Part shown: positions 8,264 to 17,796 of the stretch, one piece after another
Numbering within the stretch: position 1 is the first letter of the stretch
Layout: every line of letters starts with the position of its first letter
IMG/VR virus record: IMGVR_UViG_3300037247_001239
Span: 10,579-74,578 of that record
Length of the DNA stretch: 64,000 bases
Source: a virus
Strand: one strand, 5' to 3'
The notes under the pieces: model-generated
The model's database searches: none
Seen by the model: only the letters and a program-made list of their open reading frames with translations
Told to the model about the DNA's origin: nothing
Position numbers and translations under genes: made by a program

Positions 8264-8551
8264 ATGGAACGCAAAACACCCTACATTGCCGCCCTGGCAA
8301 TACACGTCGACAAGCTCCCGCCGGCCTTGCGGGCCGAGTTGCGCGATGCAAAGTGCAGTGATTGCAGTCGCCCCGTCCTGGTGTACGGTCCGAGTTACGA
8401 TCGGGTGGAATCGGCAGTAGGGGCACTCGACCCCGTGTGTGAGGAGTGCATGGAAACACGGTGGGCAGGAATGGAAGAGATTGCAGTCGTCTCGACTGTC
8501 ACCCCGAGAGTTGCGCGGGAGTTTGCGAAAGCAGAAGCAGAGCGGAATTGA
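8264..8551 (+). CDS. Zn-finger-like hypothetical protein
   Basis: CSDC..CEEC; GGAGGTGAGAC start. Confidence 0.7.
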   Translation: MERKTPYIAALAIHVDKLPPALRAELRDAKCSDCSRPVLVYGPSYDRVESAVGALDPVCEECMETRWAGMEEIAVVSTVTPRVAREFAKAEAERN

Positions 8552-8649
8552 CGAGTAGTGCCCCCGCGCCGCGCAACCCGCCGCCGGCTGTTGAACATGG
8601 AACGGCACGGGCACAAGAAAGGCTACGTTACCACTGAAAGGAGCTGACC

Positions 8650-9066
8650 ATGTCTGAAGGCAAATTGCGTTTTGGCGACGAAAATCCAAGCGTTAAGAAA
8701 CTTAGAGAACTTCTCGGAGTCTCTGATTTCGAGGAAGTCACAGTCGTTACACCACAATTCGAGCGTCCAGACGGCAAGGAGATTACGTTTCGGCCGGAGA
8801 AATCCGCAGAGTTCTTTGACAAGCTCCAGAAGGCTCCCGATGATTTGCTGATTGATATCGGCATGGGTCGATGGAATGACCGCCTTCTGCTGTTTCCCCA
8901 TGAGTGGTACGACTGCATCCCAGAGGGTTATATTGTCAGAGACATCAACGAGGAAGACGAGCCGTTCAAGCACGGGGAGACAGATAACGATATCCGGTTT
9001 GGTTGTCTGGCTTATGGTTTTGCACGCGAACCTAGCAATCCACTGGACACAAACCGGGTTACGTGA
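8650..9066 (+). CDS. hypothetical protein
   Basis: AAGGAG RBS; LFP.EWY..IPEG..DIRFGCLAYG. Confidence 0.75.
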   Translation: MSEGKLRFGDENPSVKKLRELLGVSDFEEVTVVTPQFERPDGKEITFRPEKSAEFFDKLQKAPDDLLIDIGMGRWNDRLLLFPHEWYDCIPEGYIVRDINEEDEPFKHGETDNDIRFGCLAYGFAREPSNPLDTNRVT

Positions 9067-9084
9067 CCTGCGAAAGGAGATGAG

Positions 9085-9366
9085 ATGAGTGATAGATTAC
9101 CAGAGGTATGGAAGTTCCGGCTCAACATTGATGATCGGTCAGAACTTCAGATGCCAGTCGGAGCCAAGGTACTGCACATTGCGGAACAGCAAGGCGTTGC
9201 GCGCCTTTGGGCTCTAGTTGATCCAGATGCACCGTTAGAGTTCCGTAAATTCCGCCTTGCCGGTACGGGGCACCCAATCCAGAATGGCTTCGCGCTGAAG
9301 CATCACGGCAGCTTCTTGATGAGAGGAGACAAGCTTGTCTTCCATTTGTTTGAGGATGTGTCGTAA
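9085..9366 (+). CDS. DUF7352-like protein
   Basis: WKF..MP.GAKVL..Q..LWALVD..GTGHP..VFHLFE. Confidence 0.75.
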   Translation: MSDRLPEVWKFRLNIDDRSELQMPVGAKVLHIAEQQGVARLWALVDPDAPLEFRKFRLAGTGHPIQNGFALKHHGSFLMRGDKLVFHLFEDVS

Positions 9367-9389
9367 GGTATTCAGCGAAAGGAGATGAG

Positions 9390-9620
9390 ATGAGCAACGA
9401 AAGCCCCGAGATCCGCACCACGGTGGAACAAGAGGCCGTCAAACTGTTGACTCAGTGCCTGCACGACGCGAGCGACGGCACTCTCCGATACCAGCACCCC
9501 CAGGCTAATGCAAGGATAGAACGTACTGTCCGCCTGATAATCGACGCTGCGGTAGCCCAAGCGAAAGTCCCCGCAGTCTTCCCGATTGAAGCCAAACAAC
9601 CCCCGGGCAAGGGCGCTTAG
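9390..9620 (+). CDS. hypothetical protein, last gene of + arm
   Basis: AAGGAG RBS. Confidence 0.6.
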   Translation: MSNESPEIRTTVEQEAVKLLTQCLHDASDGTLRYQHPQANARIERTVRLIIDAAVAQAKVPAVFPIEAKQPPGKGA

Positions 9621-9628
9621 GGTCGCCT

Positions 9629-9661
9629 GCCGGTCGACGGTCTCAACTCCCGTCGGCCGGC
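9629..9661 (+). ncRNA. 12-bp hairpin with loop TCTCAACTC antisense to the early start motif; may also act as terminator
   Basis: GCCGGTCGACGG/CCGTCGGCCGGC stem (one U-G); 9640-9650 GTCTCAACTCC is the reverse complement of GGAGTTGAGAC. Confidence 0.55.
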
Positions 9662-9673
9662 CGCCCGGGCTTA

Positions 9674-10417
9674 CTAACCCTGCACCAGTTCAGGCACCCC
9701 CTCGCTGGGTGCGGACTGCGGTGTACCCCCGTATAGGGCCAGAACTTGGCGAAGGTACGCACGATGTTGGTCTCCCAGCCACCACTGACCTCGGGCCCAC
9801 TCCTGGCCGAAGTGCCGCAGAGTGTGCTGGGCGTCCCACGTCGAGCCAGGGTGGGCAAACCGCACGTAGACGGCCGGATCGTTGGCCAGCATCGTGAAGC
9901 CCGGCCAGTTGCCCAGGAACACGCTGTCCTCTTCCTTGCCCTGGTGAGGGTAACGGGCGTCGGTCTTGGGGTGCAGGATGCTACCGTGGATCCCCGTGTT
10001 GTCGAAGAACCGCACGGCCGCGGTGTCGCTGCCCCAGTCGTAGCACAACTGATACTGAAGGAGCACGGGAGACCCGGGGTTCTGCTTCCATGCCTCGACC
10101 TGGAGGGCCATGCGGTCTTCGCGGTAGTGATCGTCATCATCCCACTGGGTCACCACGTTCCCATGAGCCTTGTCCAGCCCGATGTTACGAAGCTCCCCGA
10201 GCGACTTCTTACTCTGGACTGCCACCACGCGGACGTTGTCCGTAGAGAAGGGCAGCAGATCAAAGCATCCATCGGCGACGATGAGCAGTTCCCGGCAGTC
10301 TGCCGGATACGTCTGGCGGTGAAAACAGTCAATCGCCGCGGGCAGGAACTTGGCCACTCGGCCCTCTTCTTTTCCCGTGACGCAAACGGCGGTAACGAAC
10401 GGCGGCTGGTTTTTCAT
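9674..10417 (-). CDS. glycosyltransferase family 2
   Basis: RELLIVADG, SLGELRN, QWDDDDHY, EEDSVF. Confidence 0.85.
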   Translation of the reverse strand: MKNQPPFVTAVCVTGKEEGRVAKFLPAAIDCFHRQTYPADCRELLIVADGCFDLLPFSTDNVRVVAVQSKKSLGELRNIGLDKAHGNVVTQWDDDDHYREDRMALQVEAWKQNPGSPVLLQYQLCYDWGSDTAAVRFFDNTGIHGSILHPKTDARYPHQGKEEDSVFLGNWPGFTMLANDPAVYVRFAHPGSTWDAQHTLRHFGQEWARGQWWLGDQHRAYLRQVLALYGGTPQSAPSEGVPELVQG

Positions 10418-10797
10418 TCCAAACTCCTTAGAGTGATACAGTTTTGGGACGTGATAATCTCCGCTTTGTCTCCAGCCTGGCGATACTGGCCGAGCGACCT
10501 GCGAGCTCTCCGCATTGTGGCACAGTATTCGGTGCGAGTGAACCCCCTAGGGTTCTCGCTGAACATATGGACGCTGAGCTTCGCCGGAGACAAATGGCTT
10601 TGTGTTGGGGATGGTTCAGCCGACGCTTTATTGGATGCCACAAGCTCCACGCCTGGCGACATGAGCTTGGCCAATTCGTGGAGCGACACCATCACCGGCG
10701 CTTTCTTTTGCGGGCGCGCAAATGCGGCGCCGGGCAACACGCCCACGCTTCCCACAGCAACCCCCATGCACTCACGACGACTGATTCGACTTTCCAT
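10414..10797 (-). CDS. hypothetical protein with twin-arginine-like leader
   Basis: MESRISRRECMGVAVGSVG; AGGAAAGGA upstream. Confidence 0.55.
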   Translation of the reverse strand: MESRISRRECMGVAVGSVGVLPGAAFARPQKKAPVMVSLHELAKLMSPGVELVASNKASAEPSPTQSHLSPAKLSVHMFSENPRGFTRTEYCATMRRARRSLGQYRQAGDKAEIITSQNCITLRSLE

Positions 10798-10827
10798 CAC
10801 GATTTCCTTTCCTGTTGAGGGTTTCCA

Positions 10828-11886
10828 ATGCAGCCCATTGTACTGAAGAAGGGGGCAACTGCATACGGCTATGTCAGGGTAAGTACCGATCGCCAGGAAA
10901 ACTCGCCCCAAGCCCAGGCCAAGATACTCAACGACTGGGCAGCCGAGCAAGGCTACCCCATCGAACTGGCCTACGACACGGGCGTGTCGGCCGCCAAACT
11001 GGAATTCGAGAAACGGCCCGCTGGGCGAGAATTACTGCGACGGATCCAGCCCGGCGACGTGATAGCGGCGGTCCGGCTCGACCGCTTGTTTCGTCGCGGG
11101 CAAGAGATTGCCCTGTTGCGCCGTCTGGCCCAGCAGGACATCCGGATAGTCACCGTCGTCGACAGCCTGCCCGACACCAGCACACCTGTTGGCAAATACA
11201 TCCAGGGCAATTTCGTGCTGATGCACGAACTGGAGGCCGCCATCATTGGGGCCCGCATCCGGGAGACCATGGCCTGGCGGAAATCCATGGGCCTGCCCGT
11301 CAACGGGGCGGGCAAGTACGGCCACAAGATCGTGCCCGGCGAGAAGGGGCAGGTGTTCGAGGTCGACGAGGAGGAGATGCAACTGATCCGCCAGGCATCC
11401 GAGCGGAGACTTGCCGGCGAATCGTGCCAAGACATTGCCACAGACTTTGGTTGGGACCGTTGCCGGGTAGCACGGGTGACGTTGCAGTATTGGCTGGCCA
11501 ACGACATCGAACCACCCGAACAATCGTTCCGAAAACGGCCCACCCCAGAAGAAGAAGAGCAACGTCGCCTAGAGCGAATAACCTGGGCGCAGGACAAGCC
11601 GGTCTGGATCATCCACGGCCAGAGGTGCAAGCGGCTGGTCTATGACGACGTAGACCAAGACTGCCCCGACTGCGGCGTGAGCCAGGGCATGTACCACGTC
11701 CCCGGGTGTAGCCAGGAAGAATGTCCGCTCTGCAAGGGCCAGGCCGCCACCTGCAACTGCAAACCACGGCTACCACACAAGAGGCCCAAACGGAAAGAGA
11801 AGCCCGTCAAGCGGAAGGCAAAGCCTACTTGGAAGGACGCGGGGTGGATTGACTCTCCCGAGCCGCCTTCCGACGTTGCTGGATAA
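10828..11886 (+). CDS. small serine recombinase (resolvase/invertase) with C-terminal Cys-rich domain
   Basis: YGYVRVSTDRQ, RLDRLFR, E..IIGARIRE; CPDC..H..GC..EECPLC..CNC. Confidence 0.9.
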   Translation: MQPIVLKKGATAYGYVRVSTDRQENSPQAQAKILNDWAAEQGYPIELAYDTGVSAAKLEFEKRPAGRELLRRIQPGDVIAAVRLDRLFRRGQEIALLRRLAQQDIRIVTVVDSLPDTSTPVGKYIQGNFVLMHELEAAIIGARIRETMAWRKSMGLPVNGAGKYGHKIVPGEKGQVFEVDEEEMQLIRQASERRLAGESCQDIATDFGWDRCRVARVTLQYWLANDIEPPEQSFRKRPTPEEEEQRRLERITWAQDKPVWIIHGQRCKRLVYDDVDQDCPDCGVSQGMYHVPGCSQEECPLCKGQAATCNCKPRLPHKRPKRKEKPVKRKAKPTWKDAGWIDSPEPPSDVAG

Positions 11887-14800
11887 GCAGGTTCAGAATT
11901 GACAGGTCCTCGACTAGATCCGGGTGGGCATCCTTCTGGTCCTTCGGAAGGTAAAGGCGAGTAAACTCCCTGATCTCGGGGTGCGCCTCCAGGAGTTCCA
12001 TCTGGGCCCGCTCCATTTCTCGGAGCTTCTGAGCTGGCAAGTCAACCGTGTGAAATTTGAGCCCCGTAGTCAAGTCAGCCAAGCGAGCCGAACGACTCTT
12101 TCGGGTATCCAGAGCCCTCCTGGTCTCGAAAATCTGCCGAGAGAAAGGGCTGCGGGTTAGCATGAAGTCTACCTCGGGTTGCCCAGTGATCGGCCGCAGA
12201 TCCTTGAGCTTGCGCCCAGTCCACATCTGGCGGCCAGCAAACGCCTCCACGGGAGACAGCAGCAGGGGGTGTATGTCCGAAGCGAACCGGCGGGCCGTTG
12301 CACCCATCGCGGGACGGCCACCAGTAAACTGAAAGCGGCTTAGGTCTTCTAGGGGTAGTCCAGCCTGAGTTAGGAAGGTGGCCTTTTCGGCAGGACCACC
12401 CCAGCGAACTGCCATCCGTTCTCGCATCCACGGAGGCAGATACCCACCCTCGCCCGACTCTCGTTGAATACCCGCCAGCAACCGCGTCGTCTGGGCAGCA
12501 CGCCCACCAGGCCGGCTGATAACCAACTCAATCTGGCGGGGAATGTTGTTGCGCGCCCATCGCCAGAAGGGGATCATTCGGGTCATCACCTGCCGCTCGA
12601 ACTTTGACGCCTGGCCGTAGTCGAATTGGGTACGAAACGTGATGTGTCTCGCCTGTGCCGGACTGTAGCCCCGCTTTCGCAGCCGGTCGTAAGGCCCGGC
12701 CCGTAACAGAAACTCGATGAACCCGTATGCTTTCTCTCCCATTGCAGCCGGGATGTTCTGCCGTCCGGTCACAACCTCCCCGCTGGGCAGCCGCACGCCC
12801 CGCACTCCTCGACTGGCTGTGGGGTCGAGCATCCGCCACGCTGAACCGGCCTTACGTTCTGCGGGCAAGTTTTGGTAGGGCCTAAAGATCCCACCCAAGA
12901 AACCCCGGGGGACCGCCCCCAATTCTTCAGTGACCTCGGCACCGGCCACCTGGATCGAACCGGCCCCCCGTAGTAGGTCGCTGTCAAGAACTTCGTCGAT
13001 GTGAGTCAGGGGCGTCTTACCGCCGCTATGAACGTGCTTTGCCGCATCCCCAATACCGCCCAGTACATCCTTGAGGCCCATCACGCCCTCGGACCACCAC
13101 TGCCAGGTACCGCCAGCCAGGTTGCGGGTATGGAAGGCTGGGGCCATGACCAGCCAGCCCTTATACATCGAGTTGATCTTGTCGTAGGTCTCGCCTATCT
13201 TGCCAATGTTTAACGGACGCATCGACTCGACATAAGCCTCCATGACCCGTTCGGTGCGAGCATCGGTCATCAAGTCGTTGAGTTTGGGTATCGCCTCGTC
13301 TAGCGGACCGTCGAACTCACCGGGATACTTGCGTTTGGCGAAGTTCAGCAGGCCCTCTTCAGTGAAGCCGGCGTTTTGCCAGACCTCTCGCAAACTCTTG
13401 CCGTCAGTGATCGCCTCCCCTGCCTTCCACACCACCTTCTCGCCCGCCAGGAAGTGGTGCGCCGCCAGTACGGTACCCAGCGATCGGGAGATGTGTGTAA
13501 CGTAGTCGCCCAGATCGTCGACCATCCGACGATCGAAAAGTCCGGTCTTGAGGATCTCCGGGGGCAGCCCGGCAAAATAGTCCACCACCCGCCCCAGCCG
13601 TGGTCCCAGTTCCTTGCCGCCGATCGTCTCCCCGACTCGCCAGTTGTCTCCCTGTTTAGCCAAGTCCTCGGGCGATAGGCCAGCCCGCATCAACTCTGGT
13701 TCGATATGCTTGCTCCAAAGGTACGCCTGTTGCATCTCCCGGACATTCAGCTTCTCAGTAGGGATGCCTCTGGAATCAAGAACGTCGCGCAAGCCATCTT
13801 GGAACGCCTTCGTACCCCGCACGTTCTGGCTAGCGGTAATCCATTGGTCTTGGGCTGTTCGGTTCACCGCCGCCGTGCGACCAGGCCACTCACGCAAGAG
13901 CGGGTTCCGGGGGGAGGCAAAGGGGAAGTAATGTCCAAACAGCTTTTCGTAGTCTTTGGCAGCCTGGGCGTCCTTCCGTTGGGCCGCCAGCGAACTGGCA
14001 CGCCGGGGATGGTAGCCCTGCATGAACATATCGTCCAGGTTTTTGACGTTGGCCCCCAGTTGCTTCAGCATCCCATACTGGCCGTCAAGGATCTCCATGT
14101 TGGCGTTGAGGTACGTGTGAAACCTCTGCGAGAACTCGCTGACCTGGGCCTCCCATGCCGCTGCGGGAGTGTTCTGCGGGGTGCCCAAATACTTGAGGAT
14201 GTCCTCGTGTAATACCTGCATCCCATCAGCCTGCCGCAACAACTCACCGCCCTTTTCCTGGGCGTCTCGGGCAAACACCTCGAAACCCACTTGGTCCCCG
14301 GCCGCCGCCCGGCTCTTAGCCAGATCATCCCACATCTTCGTCAATGACGCGGTTTCGGCCCGCATTGCCGGCATAACGTCCAGGGACAAGTCCGCCAGTT
14401 GGGCGGAGTGGGAGAACATCGCGTCTTTTGCCATCTGGGCGGCACCCACCGGCGTACCCCATGCCTTGTGGCTGAAGGCGTAGCGAGCCCAGGGCACCAC
14501 CGAGAGCGGCGAGTACCACAGCTTTTCCAGGGTCTTCGCCGACAACTCGCCTTTACCTAGCGTGGCAAAGGGGGCCTTTCCAGGCAGCCCGAAGCCCAAC
14601 AGGGCTCGCTCACCGCTGCGGATCTCGCCGGCCATTTCGGCGGCCGTGCGACCCATCACCCGCTGATATTGTCTTCCGCCCAGACTGCCCACCGTCTTTC
14701 CAGTGCCACGAACCTTTTCCAGTTGGGCCAGTCGCTCTTGAAACTGAGGAAGGGCCTTCTTTAGCGTGCCAGACATTTTGATGCCACGAAACGCCTCCAG

Positions 14801-15229
14801 GCCCTTGGTCGTCAGCGCACCAGTGGGGCCCCGAACCAACATTAGCGGATCGGTGACCACCTCCGCCCCCAGGCCGGCTACGTCCCAGACGAAGTCCTCG
14901 AAGGAATTGAACAGTCCGGGACGGTTGCGTGGGGCTCCAGCGTACATCTCCAGCAGGTCACGCCCCCAAACCCGCTCGTCTGGATCGGTCCAGCCCATGG
15001 TGTCCGAGCCGGGCACCAGATTCAATAGGGCCTCAGGCTTACCTGCAAGCAATCCCCGAACCGCTGCCCCGGGCTTGTCGAGAGTTAGCCCCAGCCACTC
15101 CAGGCCGCCAACCGCCTTCTGGCCAGCCCAGCCCAGCAGCGATTCCTCCTGTTCAGGCGTCAATGTAGGCACCGGCGGCCGTACTCGTGCAGCGGCCAGA
15201 CCCAGGGGATCGAGATAGTTGGGAGGCAT
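11825..15229 (-). CDS. large internal virion / DNA ejection protein
   Basis: 1134 aa at end of tail module; C-terminal TQFDY..RMIPFWRW pattern. Confidence 0.65.
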   Translation of the reverse strand: MPPNYLDPLGLAAARVRPPVPTLTPEQEESLLGWAGQKAVGGLEWLGLTLDKPGAAVRGLLAGKPEALLNLVPGSDTMGWTDPDERVWGRDLLEMYAGAPRNRPGLFNSFEDFVWDVAGLGAEVVTDPLMLVRGPTGALTTKGLEAFRGIKMSGTLKKALPQFQERLAQLEKVRGTGKTVGSLGGRQYQRVMGRTAAEMAGEIRSGERALLGFGLPGKAPFATLGKGELSAKTLEKLWYSPLSVVPWARYAFSHKAWGTPVGAAQMAKDAMFSHSAQLADLSLDVMPAMRAETASLTKMWDDLAKSRAAAGDQVGFEVFARDAQEKGGELLRQADGMQVLHEDILKYLGTPQNTPAAAWEAQVSEFSQRFHTYLNANMEILDGQYGMLKQLGANVKNLDDMFMQGYHPRRASSLAAQRKDAQAAKDYEKLFGHYFPFASPRNPLLREWPGRTAAVNRTAQDQWITASQNVRGTKAFQDGLRDVLDSRGIPTEKLNVREMQQAYLWSKHIEPELMRAGLSPEDLAKQGDNWRVGETIGGKELGPRLGRVVDYFAGLPPEILKTGLFDRRMVDDLGDYVTHISRSLGTVLAAHHFLAGEKVVWKAGEAITDGKSLREVWQNAGFTEEGLLNFAKRKYPGEFDGPLDEAIPKLNDLMTDARTERVMEAYVESMRPLNIGKIGETYDKINSMYKGWLVMAPAFHTRNLAGGTWQWWSEGVMGLKDVLGGIGDAAKHVHSGGKTPLTHIDEVLDSDLLRGAGSIQVAGAEVTEELGAVPRGFLGGIFRPYQNLPAERKAGSAWRMLDPTASRGVRGVRLPSGEVVTGRQNIPAAMGEKAYGFIEFLLRAGPYDRLRKRGYSPAQARHITFRTQFDYGQASKFERQVMTRMIPFWRWARNNIPRQIELVISRPGGRAAQTTRLLAGIQRESGEGGYLPPWMRERMAVRWGGPAEKATFLTQAGLPLEDLSRFQFTGGRPAMGATARRFASDIHPLLLSPVEAFAGRQMWTGRKLKDLRPITGQPEVDFMLTRSPFSRQIFETRRALDTRKSRSARLADLTTGLKFHTVDLPAQKLREMERAQMELLEAHPEIREFTRLYLPKDQKDAHPDLVEDLSILNLLIQQRRKAARESQSTPRPSK

Positions 15230-15242
15230 TTAGGTGGACCTT

Positions 15243-16721
15243 CTATCTACTCGGCCGCCAACCACTTTGCGGCCCCTGGTTACTCGGCCGCCACTTGGCA
15301 GCGCCTGGATCAACCTGCATGACTCTCGCCCTGGCAGCTTCGCTGGTTTGGGCAGGTTTCGGCGGCCCACCTCCGAATGCTTTATTGATCTGGTAGGCCA
15401 GATTTGCCAACAACCCTGGCGGCGTGTACCAAGATTCACTGGTCTTCTTGAGGTTTTCCCACGTTGTCGGGTCCCTGGTTGCCTTGATTAGCCTTTTGCT
15501 CTCCTCTACATCCTCGACAGGTACTCCAGCACGCTCCTCTAACTGCGCGACCGTTTCCTCATCGTCGTTTGCACGCGCTTCATCGTAAGTTGCCACTTCA
15601 GCCGGGGTAAGGTTTGCTTCAACAATCTTGCGGTTCCGCTTCAGCACGGAAGACATGCCTTCAGCAGCGGCCTGCCCTGCCGCTCCCGGAAGGCCAAACA
15701 TCGGGCCAAGCCGCTCCATGAGTTCCTGCGGGACCTGCCCTCCGCCCTGAATGATGGCCGTTATCATCGAGGCGGCAGCCTTCGCTTGGTCCGACTTCAC
15801 TTGTGCGTCCGCCCGCATCTGCTGTGCCTCCGGCATCGCCAGCAATGCGTCCGGCCCGGCCAGCATCGCCAAGTCTTCCGGCGAGGTCGTGCCCAAGGCC
15901 ACGCGGGTCTCCAGCGGCGACTCGCCCCGGGCCCGCGCCATCACCAGTTCGCGGCGTTTGGCGTCGGGCACACGGGCTTCCTTCCGTTCGGCAAACTTCT
16001 CTTCCCGTCGAGTCTTGAGCGCCGCACGGGCCCCTGCACTTTCGTCCCGACTTAGGGGGTTCGCGTTGGCCTTCTGCCGTAGCCGTAGGATCTCTTGTTC
16101 CGAGGGTTGATATGCTTCGGGGATGGGCCCGCGCTTGGCAGCCGCCGCGGCAATGACTGCGTCAAGTCCTCTGATCCGTTCCTGCATGGCTAGGTCGGGC
16201 AGCGGGAGAGGTGCATCCGAGACCCCGGCCCCAGAAGTCCCGTAGCCTCCTGGCCCAGAGTCCAACGGCATTGGCACGCCACCGCCGAAGAGTCCGGGGC
16301 CGAAGGGCGCCATCTCGGCATACGCCTCCGCCTTGGCCTGGGCGACAATGCCCTCTACATCCAGTGGAGGAGGGGCCGGCGGCGGGTCCGGCAAGACGTT
16401 CCAGACGGGCTGTGGTTGTGGCTGCGCGCCGGGAAACGGGCCTTGAGGCACGGCCTGTGGCGGCGGCGCGCCGGGCATCTGGGGCGGCGGACCACCGAAC
16501 GGTCCCTGGGGTGGACCCTGTGCCTGCACGCCCACTGGCTGTTGTGGCAAAGGAACACCACCCATCGCACCCGGAACGGGGACGGGGGCGGGAATTCCCG
16601 GTGGGGGCGGCGTTGCCATCGACAGGGGCACCCATCGTCCATCGGCAAGCTGCACCATGGGCTCCGACTGGGGACCCCCAGGTTGCATCATTGCGGGCAT
16701 GGGCCCGGGAAACTGTGTCAT
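15243..16721 (-). CDS. Pro/Gln-rich putative internal virion protein
   Basis: Position and low complexity. Confidence 0.55.
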   Translation of the reverse strand: MTQFPGPMPAMMQPGGPQSEPMVQLADGRWVPLSMATPPPPGIPAPVPVPGAMGGVPLPQQPVGVQAQGPPQGPFGGPPPQMPGAPPPQAVPQGPFPGAQPQPQPVWNVLPDPPPAPPPLDVEGIVAQAKAEAYAEMAPFGPGLFGGGVPMPLDSGPGGYGTSGAGVSDAPLPLPDLAMQERIRGLDAVIAAAAAKRGPIPEAYQPSEQEILRLRQKANANPLSRDESAGARAALKTRREEKFAERKEARVPDAKRRELVMARARGESPLETRVALGTTSPEDLAMLAGPDALLAMPEAQQMRADAQVKSDQAKAAASMITAIIQGGGQVPQELMERLGPMFGLPGAAGQAAAEGMSSVLKRNRKIVEANLTPAEVATYDEARANDDEETVAQLEERAGVPVEDVEESKRLIKATRDPTTWENLKKTSESWYTPPGLLANLAYQINKAFGGGPPKPAQTSEAARARVMQVDPGAAKWRPSNQGPQSGWRPSR

Positions 16722-16731
16722 TTCGTTCTCC

Positions 16732-17796
16732 TTACGTCCACCAGGGATTTTGCCCCAGGAGCATGTTCAAGACGGTCTGCTGCTGCATCCGGTTCAGTTG
16801 ATCCGCATTCGCCTGCTGCTGGATTGACTGCCCGGCCCACCCCTGGGCCTCTTGTTCACGGGCCTGCTGGCCGGCGAGCATCTGCTGCATGTTGGCGAAC
16901 TGGTGTTGCTGGGCTATCTGCGGACCGGCCATCTGGGCGCCGGCCATCTGCTGGCCCCACTGGTTCGCCTGGCCCTGCTGAATGGACGGGCTCTGCAACG
17001 AGTTGAAGCCTCTCGCACCCTGCCCGCCCGTGAGTCCAGATCGCGTCGGTACGCCCATCGCCATGGCCAGGTTACCCTGGGCCTGGGTGAAGTCTTGCGA
17101 GAACATGGGCTGGGGGGTGATCGAGGTCTGGATGTTCGTGGGCTGGCCTGCGACACCAGGCGCGCCGCCGCCAGGTGCGCCACCGCCCCCAAGGACGGAC
17201 GATTGGCCGCCGCCCATCGGTTGCTGACCACCACCCTGCTGGTCAAGTATGTACTGCGGAGTCTTATGTCCGCCAGGCCCTGGATTGCCGAACATCCGTA
17301 GGGATCGTTCTTCTGACGTTAGCTTCGACCAATCAAGGGGTGGGCCACCCTCTGGGAGTCCATACCACGCATTGCTGCCTGGTCGCGGAGAGCCGCCTCC
17401 GCCGGCTGCTCCGAATCCGCCCACTCCAGATTGCGGGGTGCCAAACTTATTCCTCAGCACGCCGCTGGCGTCAGGCAGGTAGGGACCTTGCTGTCCGCCT
17501 TGCTGCCCGCCCTGCTGCATCCAGGGAAAGGTGTCCGGGAGACCGCCGCTCATGCCGCCTTGCTGTTGCCCACCGCCCGCGCCGCCGACCGGCTGCTGGC
17601 CACCGCCCGGAGCCTTGGCCAACCACTCTTCCCAGGACAATCCAGCCTTCTTGCCGCCAGGGCGGGTCAAATAGCCCTCTGCCACCCCGGGCACTTTTGC
17701 CCAGTCCACTGGGCGTCCCCCAAAGGGGCTGCCGCCCAGCTTACGACTGCTCCCCGCGGGCTTCGGTACTGTAGGTGTCTGTGGAAAAGTGGCCAT
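16732..17796 (-). CDS. Gly/Gln-rich putative pilot/ejection protein
   Basis: Position and composition. Confidence 0.55.
   Translation of the reverse strand: MATFPQTPTVPKPAGSSRKLGGSPFGGRPVDWAKVPGVAEGYLTRPGGKKAGLSWEEWLAKAPGGGQQPVGGAGGGQQQGGMSGGLPDTFPWMQQGGQQGGQQGPYLPDASGVLRNKFGTPQSGVGGFGAAGGGGSPRPGSNAWYGLPEGGPPLDWSKLTSEERSLRMFGNPGPGGHKTPQYILDQQGGGQQPMGGGQSSVLGGGGAPGGGAPGVAGQPTNIQTSITPQPMFSQDFTQAQGNLAMAMGVPTRSGLTGGQGARGFNSLQSPSIQQGQANQWGQQMAGAQMAGPQIAQQHQFANMQQMLAGQQAREQEAQGWAGQSIQQQANADQLNRMQQQTVLNMLLGQNPWWT

Larger units (their letters stand above)
3850..8266 (+). promoter_or_regulatory. repeated start-associated motif ACCCT-N0-8-GGAGTTGAGAC-n-ATG
   Basis: Full GGAGTTGAGAC at 5826, 6097, 7545, 8066; variants at 3858, 4358, 4627, 5459, 8252; each directly before an ATG. 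Confidence 0.85.

Noticed and set aside
3850-8266. CRISPR, TIGR or integron array
   Set aside because: Repeats are short RBS-linked motifs separated by whole genes; no cas, Nop-domain or integron integrase gene recognised.
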